This document shows positions 37,845 through 50,738 of a stretch of 64,000 bases of DNA, in pieces. Under the pieces are notes generated by a model. That model saw nothing but the letters and a program-made list of their open reading frames with translations. It did not search any database and was not told the origin of the DNA. How positions within the stretch are numbered: position 1 is the first letter of the stretch; each line of letters starts with the position of its first letter. The translations under genes were made by a program, and so were the position numbers. The stretch lies in the NCBI RefSeq assembly GCF_046119375.1, contig NW_027362773.1, forward strand, positions 162,130,001 through 162,194,000. The letters are read 5' to 3'. The DNA comes from Phyllobates terribilis. Taxonomy: Eukaryota.

Positions 37845-40800
37845 AGGTATCCGGCTGCAGCAGGAGCCTCTCCCCTTCTCTGTCTGTAATCTTTCCGGCT
37901 GCAGCAGGAGCCTCTCCCCTTCTCTATCTATAATCTTTCCGGCTGCAGCAGGAGCCTCTCCCCTTCTCTATCTATAATCTTTCCAGCTGCAGCAGGAGCC
38001 TCTCCCCTTCTCTATCTATAATCTTTCCGGCTGCAGCAGGAGCCTCTCCCCTTCTCTATCTATAATCTTTCCGGCTGCAGCAGGAGCCTCTCCCCTTCTC
38101 TATCTATAATCTTTCCGGCTGCAGCAGGAGCCTCTCCCCTTCTCTATCTATAATCTTTCCGGCTGCAGCAGGAGCCTCTCCCCTTCTCTATCTACAATCT
38201 TTCCGGCTGCAGCAGGAGCCTCTCCCCTTCTCTATCTATAATCTTTCCAGCTGCAGCAGGAGCCTCTCCCCTTCTCTATCTATAATCTTTCCGGCTGCAG
38301 CAGGAGCCTCTCCCCTTCTCTATCTATAATCTTTCCGGCTGCAGCAGGGGCCTCTCCCCTTCTCTATCTATAATCTTTCCGGCTGCAGCAGGAGCCTCTC
38401 CCCTTCTCTATCTATAATCTTTCCGGCTGCAGCAGGAGCCTCTCCCCTTCTCTATCTATAATCTTTCCGGCTGCAGCAGGAGCCTCTCCCCTACTCTGTC
38501 TATAATCTTTCCGGCTTCAGCAGGAGCCTCTCCCCTTCTCTGTAATCTTTCCGGCTGCAGCAGGAGCCTCTCCCCTACTCTGTCTATAATCTTTCCGGCT
38601 GCAGCAGGAGCCTCTCCCCTTCTCTGTAATCTTTCCGGCTGCAGCAGGAGCCTCTCCCCTTCTCTGTAATCTTTCCGGCTGCAGCAGGAGCCTCTCCCCT
38701 ACTCTGTAATCTTTCTGGCTGCAGCAGGAGCCTCTCCCCTACTCTGTAATCTTTCTGGCTGCAGCAGGAGCCTCTCCCGTACTCTGTAATCTTTCTGGCT
38801 GCAGCAGGAGCCTCTCCCCTTCTCTGTAATCTTTCCTTCTGCAGCAGGAGCCTCTCCCCTACTCTGTAATCTTTCCGGCTGCAGCAGGAGCCTCTCCCCT
38901 TCTCTGTAATCTTTCCTTCTGCAGCAGGAGCCTCTCTCCTACTCTGTAATCTTTCCGGCTGCAGCAGGAGCCTCTCCCCTACTCTGTAATCTTTCCGGCT
39001 GCAGCAGGAGCCTCTCCCCTTCTCTGTAATCTTTCCGGCTGCAGCAGGAGCCTCTCCCCTACTCTGTAATCTTTCCGGCTGCAGCAGGAGCCTCTCCCCT
39101 TCTCTGTAATCTTTCCGGCTGCAGCAGGAGCCTCTCCCCTTCTCTGTAATCTTTCCGGCTGCAGCAGGAGCCTCTCCCCTTCTCTGTAATCTTTCCGGCT
39201 GCAGCAGGAGCCTCTCTCCTACTCTGTAATCTTTCCGGCTGCAGCAGGAGCCTCTCCCCTTCTCTATCTGTAATCTTTCCGGCTGCAGCAGGAGCCTCTC
39301 CCCTTCTCTATCTATAATCTTTCCGGCTGCAGCAGGAGCCTCTCCCCTTCTTTGTAATCTTTCCGGCTTCAGCAGGAGCCTCTCCCCTTCTCTGTAATCT
39401 TTCCGGCTGCAGCAGGAGCCTCTCCCCTACTCTGTCTATAATCTTTCCGGCTGCAGCAGGAGCCTCTCCCCTTCTCTGTAATCTTTCCGGCTGCAGCAGG
39501 AGCCTTTCCCCTTCTCTGTCTATAATCTTTCCGGCTGCAGCAGGAGCCTCTCCCCTTCTCTGTAATCTTTCTGGCTGCAGCAGGAGCCTCTCCTCTACTC
39601 TGTAATCTTTCTGGCTGCAGCAGGAGCCTCTCCTCTACTCTGTAATCTTTCTGGCTGCAGCAGGAGCCTCTCCCGTACTCTGTAATCTTTCTGGCTGCAG
39701 CAGGAGCCTCTCCCCTACTCTGTAATCTTTCTGGCTGCAGCAGGAGCCTCTCCCCTACTCTGTAATCTTTCTGGCTGCAGCAGGAGCCTCTCCCGTACTC
39801 TGTAATCTTTCTGGCTGCAGCAGGAGCCTCTCCTCTACTCTGTAATCTTTCTGGCTGCAGCAGGAGCCTCTCCTCTACTCTGTAATCTTTCTGGCTGCAG
39901 CAGGAGCCTCTCCCCTTCTCTGTAATCTTTCTGGCTGCAGCAGGAGCCTCTCCCCTACTCTGTAATCTTTCTGGCTGCAGCAGGAGCCTCTCCCGTACTC
40001 TGTAATCTTTCTGGCTGCAGCAGGAGCCTCTCCCCTTCTCTGTAATCTTTCCTTCTGCAGCAGGAGCCTCTCCCCTACTCTGTAATCTTTCCGGCTGCAG
40101 CAGGAGCCTCTCCCCTTCTCTGTAATCTTTCCTTCTGCAGCAGGAGCCTCTCCCCTACTCTGTAATCTTTCCGGCTGCAGCAGGAGCCTCTCCCCTACTC
40201 TGTAATCTTTCCGGCTGCAGCAGGATCCTCTCCCCTTCTCTGTAATCTTTCCGGCTGCAGCAGGAGCCTCTCCCCTTCTCTGTAATCTTTCCGGCTGCAG
40301 CAGGAGCCTCTCCCCTACTCTGTAATCTTTCCGGCTGCAGCAGGAGCCTCTCCCCTTCTCTGTAATCTTTCCGGCTGCAGCAGGAGCCTCTCCCCTTCTC
40401 TGTAATCTTTCCGGCTGCAGCAGGAGCCTCTCCCCTTCTCTGTAATCTTTCCGGCTGCAGCAGGAGCCTCTCCCCTTCTCTGTAATCTTTCCGGCTGCAG
40501 CAGGAGCCTCTCCCCTTCTCTGTAATCTTTCCGGCTTCAGCAGGAGCCTCTCCCCTTCTCTGTAATCTTTCCGGCTGCAGCAGGAGCCTCTCCCCTACTC
40601 TGTAATCTTTCCGGCTGCAGCAGGAGCCTCTCCCCTTCTCTGTAATCTTTCCGGCTGCAGCAGGAGCCTCTCCCCTTCTCTGTAATCTTTCCGGCTGCAG
40701 CAGGAGCCTCTCCCCTTCTCTGTAATCTTTCCGGCTGCAGCAGGAGCCTCTCTCCTACTCTGTAATCTTTCCGGCTGCAGCAGGAGCCTCTCCCCTTCTC

Positions 40801-43800
40801 TATCTGTAATCTTTCCGGCTGCAGCAGGAGCCTCTCCCCTTCTCTATCTATAATCTTTCCGGCTGCAGCAGGAGCCTCTCCCCTTCTTTGTAATCTTTCC
40901 GGCTTCAGCAGGAGCCTCTCCCCTTCTCTGTAATCTTTCCGGCTGCAGCAGGAGCCTCTCCCCTACTCTGTCTATAATCTTTCCGGCTGCAGCAGGAGCC
41001 TCTCCCCTTCTCTGTAATCTTTCCGGCTGCAGCAGGAGCCTTTCCCCTTCTCTGTCTATAATCTTTCCGGCTGCAGCAGGAGCCTCTCCCCTTCTCTGTA
41101 ATCTTTCTGGCTGCAGCAGGAGCCTCTCCTCTACTCTGTAATCTTTCTGGCTGCAGCAGGAGCCTCTCCTCTACTCTGTAATCTTTCTGGCTGCAGCAGG
41201 AGCCTCTCCCGTACTCTGTAATCTTTCTGGCTGCAGCAGGAGCCTCTCCCCTACTCTGTAATCTTTCTGGCTGCAGCAGGAGCCTCTCCCGTACTCTGTA
41301 ATCTTTCTGGCTGCAGCAGGAGCCTCTCCCGTACTCTGTAATCTTTCTGGCTGCAGCAGGAGCCTCTCCTCTACTCTGTAATCTTTCTGGCTGCAGCAGG
41401 AGCCTCTCCTCTACTCTGTAATCTTTCTGGCTGCAGCAGGAGCCTCTCCCCTTCTCTGTAATCTTTCTGGCTGCAGCAGGAGCCTCTCCCCTACTCTGTA
41501 ATCTTTCTGGCTGCAGCAGGAGCCTCTCCCGTACTCTGTAATCTTTCTGGCTGCAGCAGGAGCCTCTCCCCTTCTCTGTAATCTTTCCTTCTGCAGCAGG
41601 AGCCTCTCCCCTACTCTGTAATCTTTCCGGCTGCAGCAGGAGCCTCTCCCCTTCTCTGTAATCTTTCCGGCTGCAGCAGGAGCCTCTCCCCTTCTCTGTA
41701 ATCTTTCCGGCTGCAGCAGGAGCCTCTCCCCTTCTCTGTAATCTTTCCGGCTGCAGCAGGAGCCTCTCCCCTTCTCTGTAATCTTTCCGGCTGCAGCAGG
41801 AGCCTCTCCCCTTCTCTGTAATCTTTCCGGCTGCAGCAGGAGCCTCTCCCCTTCTCTGTAATCTTTCCGGCTTCAGCAGGAGCCTCTCCCCTTCTCTGTA
41901 ATCTTTCCGGCTGCAGCAGGAGCCTCTCCCCTACTCTGTCTATAATCTTTCCGGCTGCAGCAGGAGCCTCTCCCCTTCTCCGTAATCTTTCCGGCTGCAG
42001 CAGGAGCCTCTCCCCTTCTCTGTAATCTTTCTGGCTGCAGCAGGAGCCTCTCCCCTACTCTGTAATCTTTCTGGCTGCAGCAGGAGCCTCTCCCGTACTC
42101 TGTAATCTTTCTGGCTGCAGCAGGAGCCTCTCCCCTTCTCTGTAATCTTTCCGGCTGCAGCAGGAGCCTCTCCCCTTCTCTGTAAACTTTCCGGCTGCAG
42201 CAGGAGCCTCTCCCCTTCTCTGTAATCTTTCCGGCTGCAGCAGGAGCCTCTCCCCTACTCTGTAATCTTTCTGGCTGCAGCAGGAGCCTCTCCCCTACTC
42301 TGTAATCTTTCTGGCTGCAGCAGGAGCCTCTCCCCTTCTCTGTAATCTTTCCGGCTGCAGCAGGAGCCTCTCCCCTTCTCTGTAATCTTTCCGGCTGCAG
42401 CAGGAGCTTCTCCCCTACTCTGTAATCTTTCTGGCTGCAGCAGGAGCCTCTCCCCTACTCTGTAATCTTTCTGGCTGCAGCAGGAGCCTCTCCCCTACTC
42501 TGTAATCTTTCTGGCTGCAGCAGGAGCCTCTCCCCTACTCTGTAATCTTTCTGGCTGCAGCAGGAGCCTCTCCCCTTCTCTGTAATCTTTCCGGCTGCAG
42601 CAGGAGCCTCTCCCCTTCTCTGTAATTTTTCCGGCTGCAGCAGGAGCCTCTCCCCTACTCTGTAATCTTTCTGGCTGCAGCAGGAGCCTCTCCCCTACTC
42701 TGTAATCTTTCCTTCTGCAGCAGGAGCCTCTCCCCTACTCTGTAATCTTTCCGGCTGCAGCAGGAGCCTCTCCCCTTCTCTGTAATCTTTCCTTCTGCAG
42801 CAGGAGCCTTTCCCCTTCTCTGTCTATAATCTTTCCGGCTGCAGCAGGAGCCTCTCCCCTTCTCTGTAATCTTTCCGGCTTCAGCAGGAGCCTCTCCCCT
42901 TCTCTGTAATCTTTCCGGCTGCAGCAGGGGCCTCTCCCCTTCTCTGTAATCTTTCCTTCTGCAGCAGGAGCCTCTCCCCTACTCTGTAATCTTTCCGGCT
43001 GCAGCAGGAGCCTCTCCCCTACTCTGTAATCTTTCCGGCTGCAGCAGGATCCTCTCCCCTTCTCTGTAATCTTTCCGGCTGCAGCAGGAGCCTCTCCCCT
43101 TCTCTGTAATCTTTCCTTCTGCAGCAGGAGCCTCTCCCCTACTCTGTAATCTTTCCGGCTGCAGCAGGAGCCTCTCCCCTACTCTGTAATCTTTCCTTCT
43201 GCAGCAGGAGCCTCTCCCCTTCTCTGTAATCTTTCCGGCTGCAGCAGGAGCCTCTCCCCTTCTCTGTAATCTTTCCTTCTGCAGCAGGAGCCTCTCCCCT
43301 ACTCTGTAATCTTTCCGGCTGCAGCAGGAGCCTCTCCCCTACTCTGTAATCTTTCCGGCTGCAGCAGGAGCCTCTCCCCTTCTCTGTAATCTTTCCGGCT
43401 GCAGCAGGAGCCTCTCCCCTTCTCTGTAATCTTTCCGGCTGCAGCAGGAGCCTCTCCCCTACTTTGTAATCTTTCCAGCTGCAGCAGGAGCCTCTCCCCT
43501 TCTCTGTAATCTTTCCGGCTGCAGCAGGAGCCTCTCCCCTTCTCTGTAATCTTTCCGGCTGCAGCAGGAGCCTCTCCCCTTCTCTGTAATCTTTCCGGCT
43601 GCAGCAGGAGCCTCTCCCCTTCTCTGTAATCTTTCTGTCTGCAGCAGGAGCCTCTCCCCTACTCTGTAATCTTTCCGGCTGCAGCAGGAGCCTCTCCCCT
43701 TCTCTGTAATCTTTCCGGCTGCAGCAGGAGCCTCTCCCCTACTCTGTAATCTTTCCGGCTGCAGCAGGAGCCTCTCCCCTTCTCTGTAATCTTTCTATCT

Positions 43801-44352
43801 GCAGCAGGAGCCTCTCTCCTCTACTCTGTAATCTTTCTAGCTGCAGCAGGAGCCTCTCTCCTACTCTGTAATCTTTCCGGCTGCAGCAGGAGCCTCTCCT
43901 CTACTCTGTAATCTTTCCGGCTGCAGCAGGAGCCTCTCCCCTTCTCTGTAATCTTTCTATCTGCAGCAGGAGCCTCTCTCCTCTACTCTGTAATCTTTCT
44001 AGCTGCAGCAGGAGCCTCTCTCCTACTCTGTAATCTTTCCGGCTGCAGCAGGAGCCTCTCCCCTACTCTGTAATCTTTCCGGCTGCAGCAGGAGCCTCTC
44101 CCCTTCTCTGTAATCTTTCCGGCTGCAGCAGGAGCCTCTCCCCTACTCTGTAATCTTTCCGGCTGCAGCAGGAGCCTCTCCTCTACTCTGTAATCTTTCC
44201 GGCTGCAGCAGGAGCCTCTCCCCTTCTCTGTAATCTTTCCGGCTGCAGCAGGAGCCTCTCCTCTTCTCTGTAATCTTTCCGGCTGCAGCAGGAGCCTCTC
44301 CCCTTCTCTGTAATCTTTCCGGCTGCAGCAGGAGCCTCTCCTCTACTCTGTG
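37845..44352. repeat. 40-bp (initially 46-bp) satellite, ~160 copies, in NDUFS3 intron 2
   Basis: ctgcagcaggagcctctccccttctctgtaatctttccgg; ends ~35 nt before the exon 3 acceptor. Confidence 0.97.
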
Positions 44353-44387
44353 ATCTTAGCCATGTTTCACCCTGCTTTGTGTTGCAG

Positions 44388-44485
44388 CGACGGTTCGTCC
44401 GGTGGATACTGCTCTACAGAATCACCTCAGCGCATTCGGCGAGTACGTGGCAGAAATTCTTCCCAAGTACGTGCAGCAGGTTCAG
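44388..44485 (+). CDS. NDUFS3: NDUFS3 exon 3
   Basis: gttgcag|(P)[32 protein letters not shown]|gtgagt; 98 nt, phase 1-0. Confidence 0.96.
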
Positions 44486-44984
44486 GTGAGTTATCGGCCG
44501 TGGTCTCTGTGCACTGGGGCGAGTGCTGCTCTTCACAATTCCTGCAGACTTCACACCTTCACACACTGGAGGCCTCCGATCTCTGCACACGTGGTGCGGG
44601 GAGCCGCTATATCTACAGCTCCAGTGTTACAGTTTGCATTTCCCGCTGTTGTGCATTAGTATTGTAGATCCTCGATCCCTCCAATCCTTGTATTTACAGA
44701 ATATCTACCTAATATATGACATAATTACTGATTATTGGTCACCTAGAGTCCGGCAATGCTGTCCTGCTCCAGGGGCACAGATCCAGTCCACTGCCGTAGT
44801 GTTAGGATAGGTCATTAATGTCTGATTATGGGGTTAGACACTCAGAAATGTTTGCAGCTCTTCCCACGGACGCATGTACTCAGCGTCCAGAGCTCGGACA
44901 CCTCACCTCTGCGCACAGCATAGGAAATGAGTGTTGTAATCCTGAACAACCACTTAATCAATATTTGTGTCCAACTGCTCATAG

Positions 44985-46692
44985 AGCAGAGGGGCGAGGC
45001 TCCTGCTGCAGACAGTTGTCTTACGGCCACACAGAGGGGAGAGGCTCCTGCTGCAGACAGTTGTCTTACGGCCACACAGAGGGGAGAGGCTCCTGCTGCA
45101 GACAGTTGTCTTACGGCCACACAGAGGGGAGAGGCTCCTGCTGCAGACAGTTGTCTTACAGCCACACACAGGACAGAGGGGGGAGGCTCCTGCTGCAGCC
45201 AGTTGTCTTACAGCTACACACAGGACAGAGGAAGGAGGCTCCTGCTGCAGGCAGTTGTCTTACAGCCACACACAGGACAGAGGGGGGAGGCTCCTGCTGC
45301 AGGCAGTTGTCTTACAGCCACACACAGGACAGAGGGGGAGGCTCCTGCTGCAGACAGTTGTCTTACAGCCACACACAGGACAGAGGGGGGAGGCTCTTGC
45401 TGCAGGCAGTTGTCTTACAGCCACACACAGGACAGAGGGGGAGGCTCCTGCTGCAGACAGTTGTCTTACAGCCACACACAGGACAGAGGGGGGAGGCTCC
45501 TGCTGCAGACAGTTGTCTTACAGCCACACACAGGACAGAGGGGGGGAAGCTCCTGCTGCAGGCAGTTGTCTTACAGACACACAGAGGGGGGAGGCTCTTG
45601 CTGCAGGCAGTTGTCTTACAGCCACACACAGGACAGAGGGGGGAGGCTCCTGCTGCCAACAGTTGTCTTACAGACACACACAGGACAGAGGGGGGAGGCT
45701 CCTGCTGCCAACAGTTGTCTTACAGCCACACACAGGACAGAGGGGAGAGGCTGCTGTTGCAGACTGTTGTCTTACAGCCACACACAGGACAGAGGGGGGG
45801 AGGCTCCTGCTGCAGACAGTTGTCTTACAGCCACACACAGGACAGAGGGGGGGGGGCTCCTGCTGCAGACAGTTGTCTTACAGCCACACACAGGACAGAG
45901 GGGGGGAGGCTCCTGCTGCAGGCAGTTGTCTTACAGCCACACACATGACAGAGGGGGGAGGCTCCTGCTGCAGGCTGTTGTCTTACAGCCACACACAGGA
46001 CAGAGGGGAGGGGGCTCCTGCTGCAGACAGTTGTCTTACAGCCACACACAGGACGGAGGGGGGAGGCTCCTGCTGCAGGTAGTTGTCTTACAACCACACA
46101 CAGGACAAAGGGGGGGGGGGGGCTCCTGCTGCAGACAGATGTCATACAGCCACACACAGGACAGAGGGGGGAGGCTCCTGCTGCAGACAGTTGTCTTACA
46201 GCCACACACAGGACAGAGGGGGGGAGGCTCCTGCTGCAGACAGTTGTCTTACAGCCACACACAGCACAGAGGGGGGGAGGCTCCTGCTGCAGACAGTTGT
46301 CTTACAGCCACACACAGGACAGAGGGGGGGAAGCTCCTGCTGCAGGCAGTTGTCTTACAGCCACACACAGGACAGAGAGGGGAGGCTCCTGCTGCAGCCA
46401 GTTGTCTTACAGCCACACACAGGACAAAGGGGGGGGGGGCTCCTGCTGCAGGTAGTTGTCTTACAACCACACACAGGACAAAGGGGGGGGGGGGGCTCCT
46501 GCTGCAGACAGATGTCATACAGCCACACACAGGACAGAGGGGGGAGGCTCCTGCTGCAGGCAGTTGTCTTACAGCCACACACAGGACAGAGGGGGGAGGC
46601 TCCTGCTGCAGGCAGTTGTCTTACAGCCATACACAGGACAGAGGGGGGGAGGCTCCTGCTGCAGACAGTTGTCTTACAGCCACACACAGGAC
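44985..46692. repeat. 45-53-bp satellite, ~33 copies, in NDUFS3 intron 3
   Basis: gggggaggctcctgctgcagacagttgtcttacagccacacacaggacaga. Confidence 0.96.
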
Positions 46693-47137
46693 ACTGCGGA
46701 GGACATGGCTGAACTCCTTACTGGAAAGTCTGCTTACATTGGGAGGAATTGTTTTTTTGGTTATTGTTTCTGCCTTTTGGAAAGCCCCTGTATAAGCTGC
46801 TTATGGCTGAAGACGCTGATACCCTGCGATTTCCCTGCTGCCATCAGTTCTGTGATCTGTCGCAGATTTCTGTTTCTTGGTTGCCAGCAATGATGTGGCG
46901 TGATCAGCATGTGACAACGGCCCCAGGCACTAACTGCAAAGGTGACTTTCATGTCCAGCTGGGAACCGCGGCGGTCAGTGACTGTCTGCGGCGGTCACGG
47001 GTCTATATGCAGCTTATAAGGAGGATCCCCAAAGTCCAGGAAACCATTTAATGACAGTGATTGTCTGCAGCGCTGCTCACCTCCTGCCCATGGGCTGCTT
47101 TACCCTCCGTCTCTCTTCTGCCGGTTTTCTCTCGTAG

Positions 47138-47287
47138 GTCACGTGCTTTGGAGAATTGGAGATTATGATCCATCCTGATGGCGTCGTCCCCGTCCTCACG
47201 TTCCTCCGCGATCACACAAATGCTCAGTTTAAGTCACTGGCAGATCTGACCGCTGTGGACGTCCCGACCCGACAGAACCGCTTCGAG
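47138..47287 (+). CDS. NDUFS3: NDUFS3 exon 4
   Basis: ctcgtag|[50 protein letters not shown]|gtgagc; 150 nt. Confidence 0.97.
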
Positions 47288-47534
47288 GTGAGCGCCGCAG
47301 TCTCCGCCGCTACACACCTGATGCGGGAGTTACGATTGCGCCATTTCTGACCGTTGGGCCGGCGTCCACATCCCATAGGCGGATCGGCCATACTGAGACA
47401 CAGACTGATCTCCCTGACGCTCCCTCAGTCGTCTTATTCTTATTGAAGAGCATCACAGTCAGTCTCTCTCCAGCCAAAAATGGCTGATAACAGGGGGCAG
47501 TAGATTATATATAACTGAACTGTAAGAGTACGGA

Positions 47535-47708
47535 GCCGGTGCTGCGCCATCGCACGCGGACGGCTCCGGTGGTGCGCCATCGCACGCGGACGTCGCCGGT
47601 GCTGCGCCATCGCACGCGGACGTCGCCGGTGCTGCTTCATCACACGCGGACGTCGCCGGTGCTGCTTCATCACACGCGGACGTCGCCGGTGCTGCTTCAT
47701 CACACGCG
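47535..47708. repeat. 30-bp minisatellite, ~6 copies
   Basis: gccggtgctgcKYcatcRcacgcggacgtc. Confidence 0.9.
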
Positions 47709-47751
47709 TCCGATAGATTAACCCATTCCACACCTTCTACTTTTCTTCCAG

Positions 47752-47877
47752 ATTGTCTACAACTTGCTGTCCTTGCAGTTTAACTCCCGGATCCGTGTGA
47801 AGACTTACGCAGATGAGCTCACTCCCATAGACTCCATTGAGCCCGTCCATAAAGCTGCAAACTGGTATGAGAGGGAG
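47752..47877 (+). CDS. NDUFS3: NDUFS3 exon 5
   Basis: ttcttccag|[42 protein letters not shown]|gtgagc; 126 nt. Confidence 0.97.
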
Positions 47878-48498
47878 GTGAGCGTCCGCTGAGCGCGCGG
47901 CTGTGTGCACTCGTGCGATACGTGATAACGAGTCACGTCGGATCACAGTCCTGATATATTGAGGATGGTGCCGTCCCCCCGCGCTCATTCCACACATGGA
48001 CGCCCGTCCAGCCGTGTGCAGCGCTTCTCGCTGGAAATTTATGGATTGTGATCAGTGAACAGCAGGGGTGTGATCGGCTGATTCCACCATAAACTGATGA
48101 TCAGCGCGACGCCGGCGTGAATGGTTATAGATGAAGCAGGGGCGTCATGTATGCACCCACTAGGACCCCACAGATCCTGAGCGTGGTACCCTGGAGGAAG
48201 GTCCTCTGTTTTATCATGAAGGTCTGGACTCTCCTTTTGTTATGAATAATGGCGCCTCTACAGACATCTTTTTTTTTTTGCAGCAGAAATCCGCTGCAGC
48301 CGGTAAGTAAATGTCAGACGCACCATAGGTTTTCATATGGTTCTTCAGATGCAATATGCTCTAGGGGCTTTTTTATGCATTTATCCAAATGCAAAAAAAA
48401 CCCCCCCAAAAATACAAATGTGCACCAAAAAAAAATCTGGAAATAAAACCAGAAAACCTATTTCAATTTGCTTATCGCAGTCCTGTCTGATGTCTTAG

Positions 48499-48744
<246 letters not shown>

Positions 48745-48987
48745 TAGGGCCGCAGTATTGGATAGTGATATCGTATTTCTGGCTTTGCTGTTACTTTGTG
48801 ATCGCTGGGGGTCCTATCTCTGGGTCTTCCACCGATCCCGAGCTCTCCCTTCTCTTCAGCGCTCTCAGCCGCCCGTCAGTGCAGGGAAATCCTGCCGCCT
48901 CATTTACCTCCTGTTACATCAAGGGGTCTGAAACGCCCCTCTGCTGGGGGAGAGCTGTGGAGGTCCCTGGGGTCAGACCCCCACATA

Positions 48988-50491
48988 CAGTGGGTACGGA
49001 AAGTATTCAGACCCCTTTACATTTTTCACTCTTTGTTTCATTGCAGCCATTTGGTAAATTCTAAAAAGTTCATTTTTTTCTCCTTACAGTACACTCTGCA
49101 CCCCATCTTGACTGAAAAAAAAACAGAAATGTAGAAATTTTTGCAAATTTATTAAAGAAAAACTGAAATATCCCATGGTCATAAGTATTCAGACCCTTTG
49201 CTCGGTATTGAGTAGAAGCCCCCTTTTGAGCTAGTACAGCCATGAGTCTTCTTGGGAATGATGCAACAAGTTTTTCACCCCTGGATTTGGGGGTCCTCGG
49301 CCATTCTTCCTTGCAGATCCTCTCCAGTTCCGTCAGGTTGGATGGTGAACGTTGGTGGACAGCCATTTTCAGGTCTCTCCAGAGATGCTCAATTGGGTTT
49401 CGGTCAGGGCTCTGGCTGGGCCAGTCAAGAATGGTCACAGAGTTGTTCTGAAGCCACTCCTTTGTTATTTTAGCTGTCTGCTTAGGGTCATTGTCTTGTT
49501 GGAAGGTGAACCTTCGGCCAAGTCTGAGGTCCAGAGCACTCTGGAAGAGGTTTTCATCCAGGATATCTCTGTACTTGGCCGCATTCATGTTTCCTTCAAT
49601 TGCAACCAGTCGTCCTGTCCCTGTAGCTGAAAAACACCCCCATAGCATGATGCTGCCACCACCATGTTTCACTGTTGGGATTGTATTAGGCAGGTGATGA
49701 GCAATGCCTGGTTTTCTCCACACATACAGCTTAGAATTATCACCAAAAAGTTCTATCTTCGTCTCATCAGAGCAGAGAATCTTATTTCTCATAGTCGGGG
49801 AGTCCGTCATGTGTTTTTGAGCAAACTCTATGCGAGCTTTCATATGTCTTGCACTGAGGAGAGGCTTCCATCAGGCCACTCTGCCATAAAGGCCCGACTG
49901 GTGGAGGGCTGCAGTGATAGTTGACTTTGTGGAACTTTCTCCCATCTTCCTACTGCATCTCTGGAGCTCAGCCACAGTGATCTTGGGGTTCTTCTTTACC
50001 TCTCTCACCAAGGCTCTTCTCCCACGATTGCTCAGTTTGGCTGGACGACCAGGTCTAGGAAGACTTCTGGAGGTCCCAAACTTCTTCCCTTTAAGGATTA
50101 TGGAGGCCACTGTGCTCTTAGGAACCTTGAGTAATGCAGAAATTCTTTTGTAACCTTGGCCAGATCTGTGCCTTGCCACAGTTCTGTCTCTGAGCTCCTT
50201 GGGCAGTTCCTTTGAGCTCATGATTCTCATTTGGTCTGACATGCACTGTGAGCTGTGAGGTCTTATATAGACAGGTGTGCGCCTTTCCAAATCAAGTCCT
50301 ATCAGTTTAATTAATCACAGCTGAACTCCAATGAAGGAGTAGAACCATCTCAAGGAGGATCACAAGGAAATGGACAGCATGTGACTTAAATATGAGTGTC
50401 TGAGCAAAGGGTCTGAATACTTATGACCATGTGAGATTTAATTTTTTCTTTTTTAATAAGAGTGAAAAATGTAAAGGGGTCTGAATACTTT
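48988..50491 (-). mobile_element. Near full-length IR/DR Tc1 element (DD34E transposase, 342 codons, disabled) in NDUFS3 intron 6
   Basis: TA|CAGTGGGTACGGAAAGTATTCAGACCCC left end; ~210-bp inverted repeats with internal direct repeats; single frame 50230 to 49202 with GRPAK, SDETK, QDND-(34)-E; in-frame TGA at 49871-49873. Confidence 0.96.
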
Positions 50492-50512
50492 GCAATGTCA
50501 TGTCCTTCCCAG

Positions 50513-50677
50513 GTTCGTTATGATGACGAGGTGAAGCGCGTGGTGGCAGAGCCGGTGCAGTTGGCCCAAGAGTTCAGAAAGTTTGACTTGAGCAGCCCAT
50601 GGGAGGCCTTCCCAGCCCACCGGGAGGCGCAAGAGAGCCCGAAGCTGGAGGCAGGAGAAACGAAGGAAGCAAAGTGA
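50513..50677 (+). CDS. NDUFS3: NDUFS3 exon 7 (to stop)
   Basis: ccttcccag|[34 protein letters not shown]...EAK*; total ORF 255 aa. Confidence 0.97.
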   Translation, partial: VRYDDEVKRVVAEPVQLAQEFRKFDLSSPWEAFPAHREAQESPKLEAGETKEAK

Positions 50678-50732
50678 GGCCAGCGCTGACGTGAGGACGT
50701 CCGGAGCCCCGAAACTATATTTATGTACATAG

Positions 50733-50738
50733 AATAAA
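50733..50738 (+). terminator. NDUFS3: NDUFS3 polyadenylation signal AATAAA
   Basis: AATAAA 55 nt after the stop codon. Confidence 0.7.

Noticed and set aside
44818-46893. 376- and 622-aa ORFs with CC motifs and a hydrophobic tail
   Set aside because: Translations of the 45-53-bp intronic satellite.
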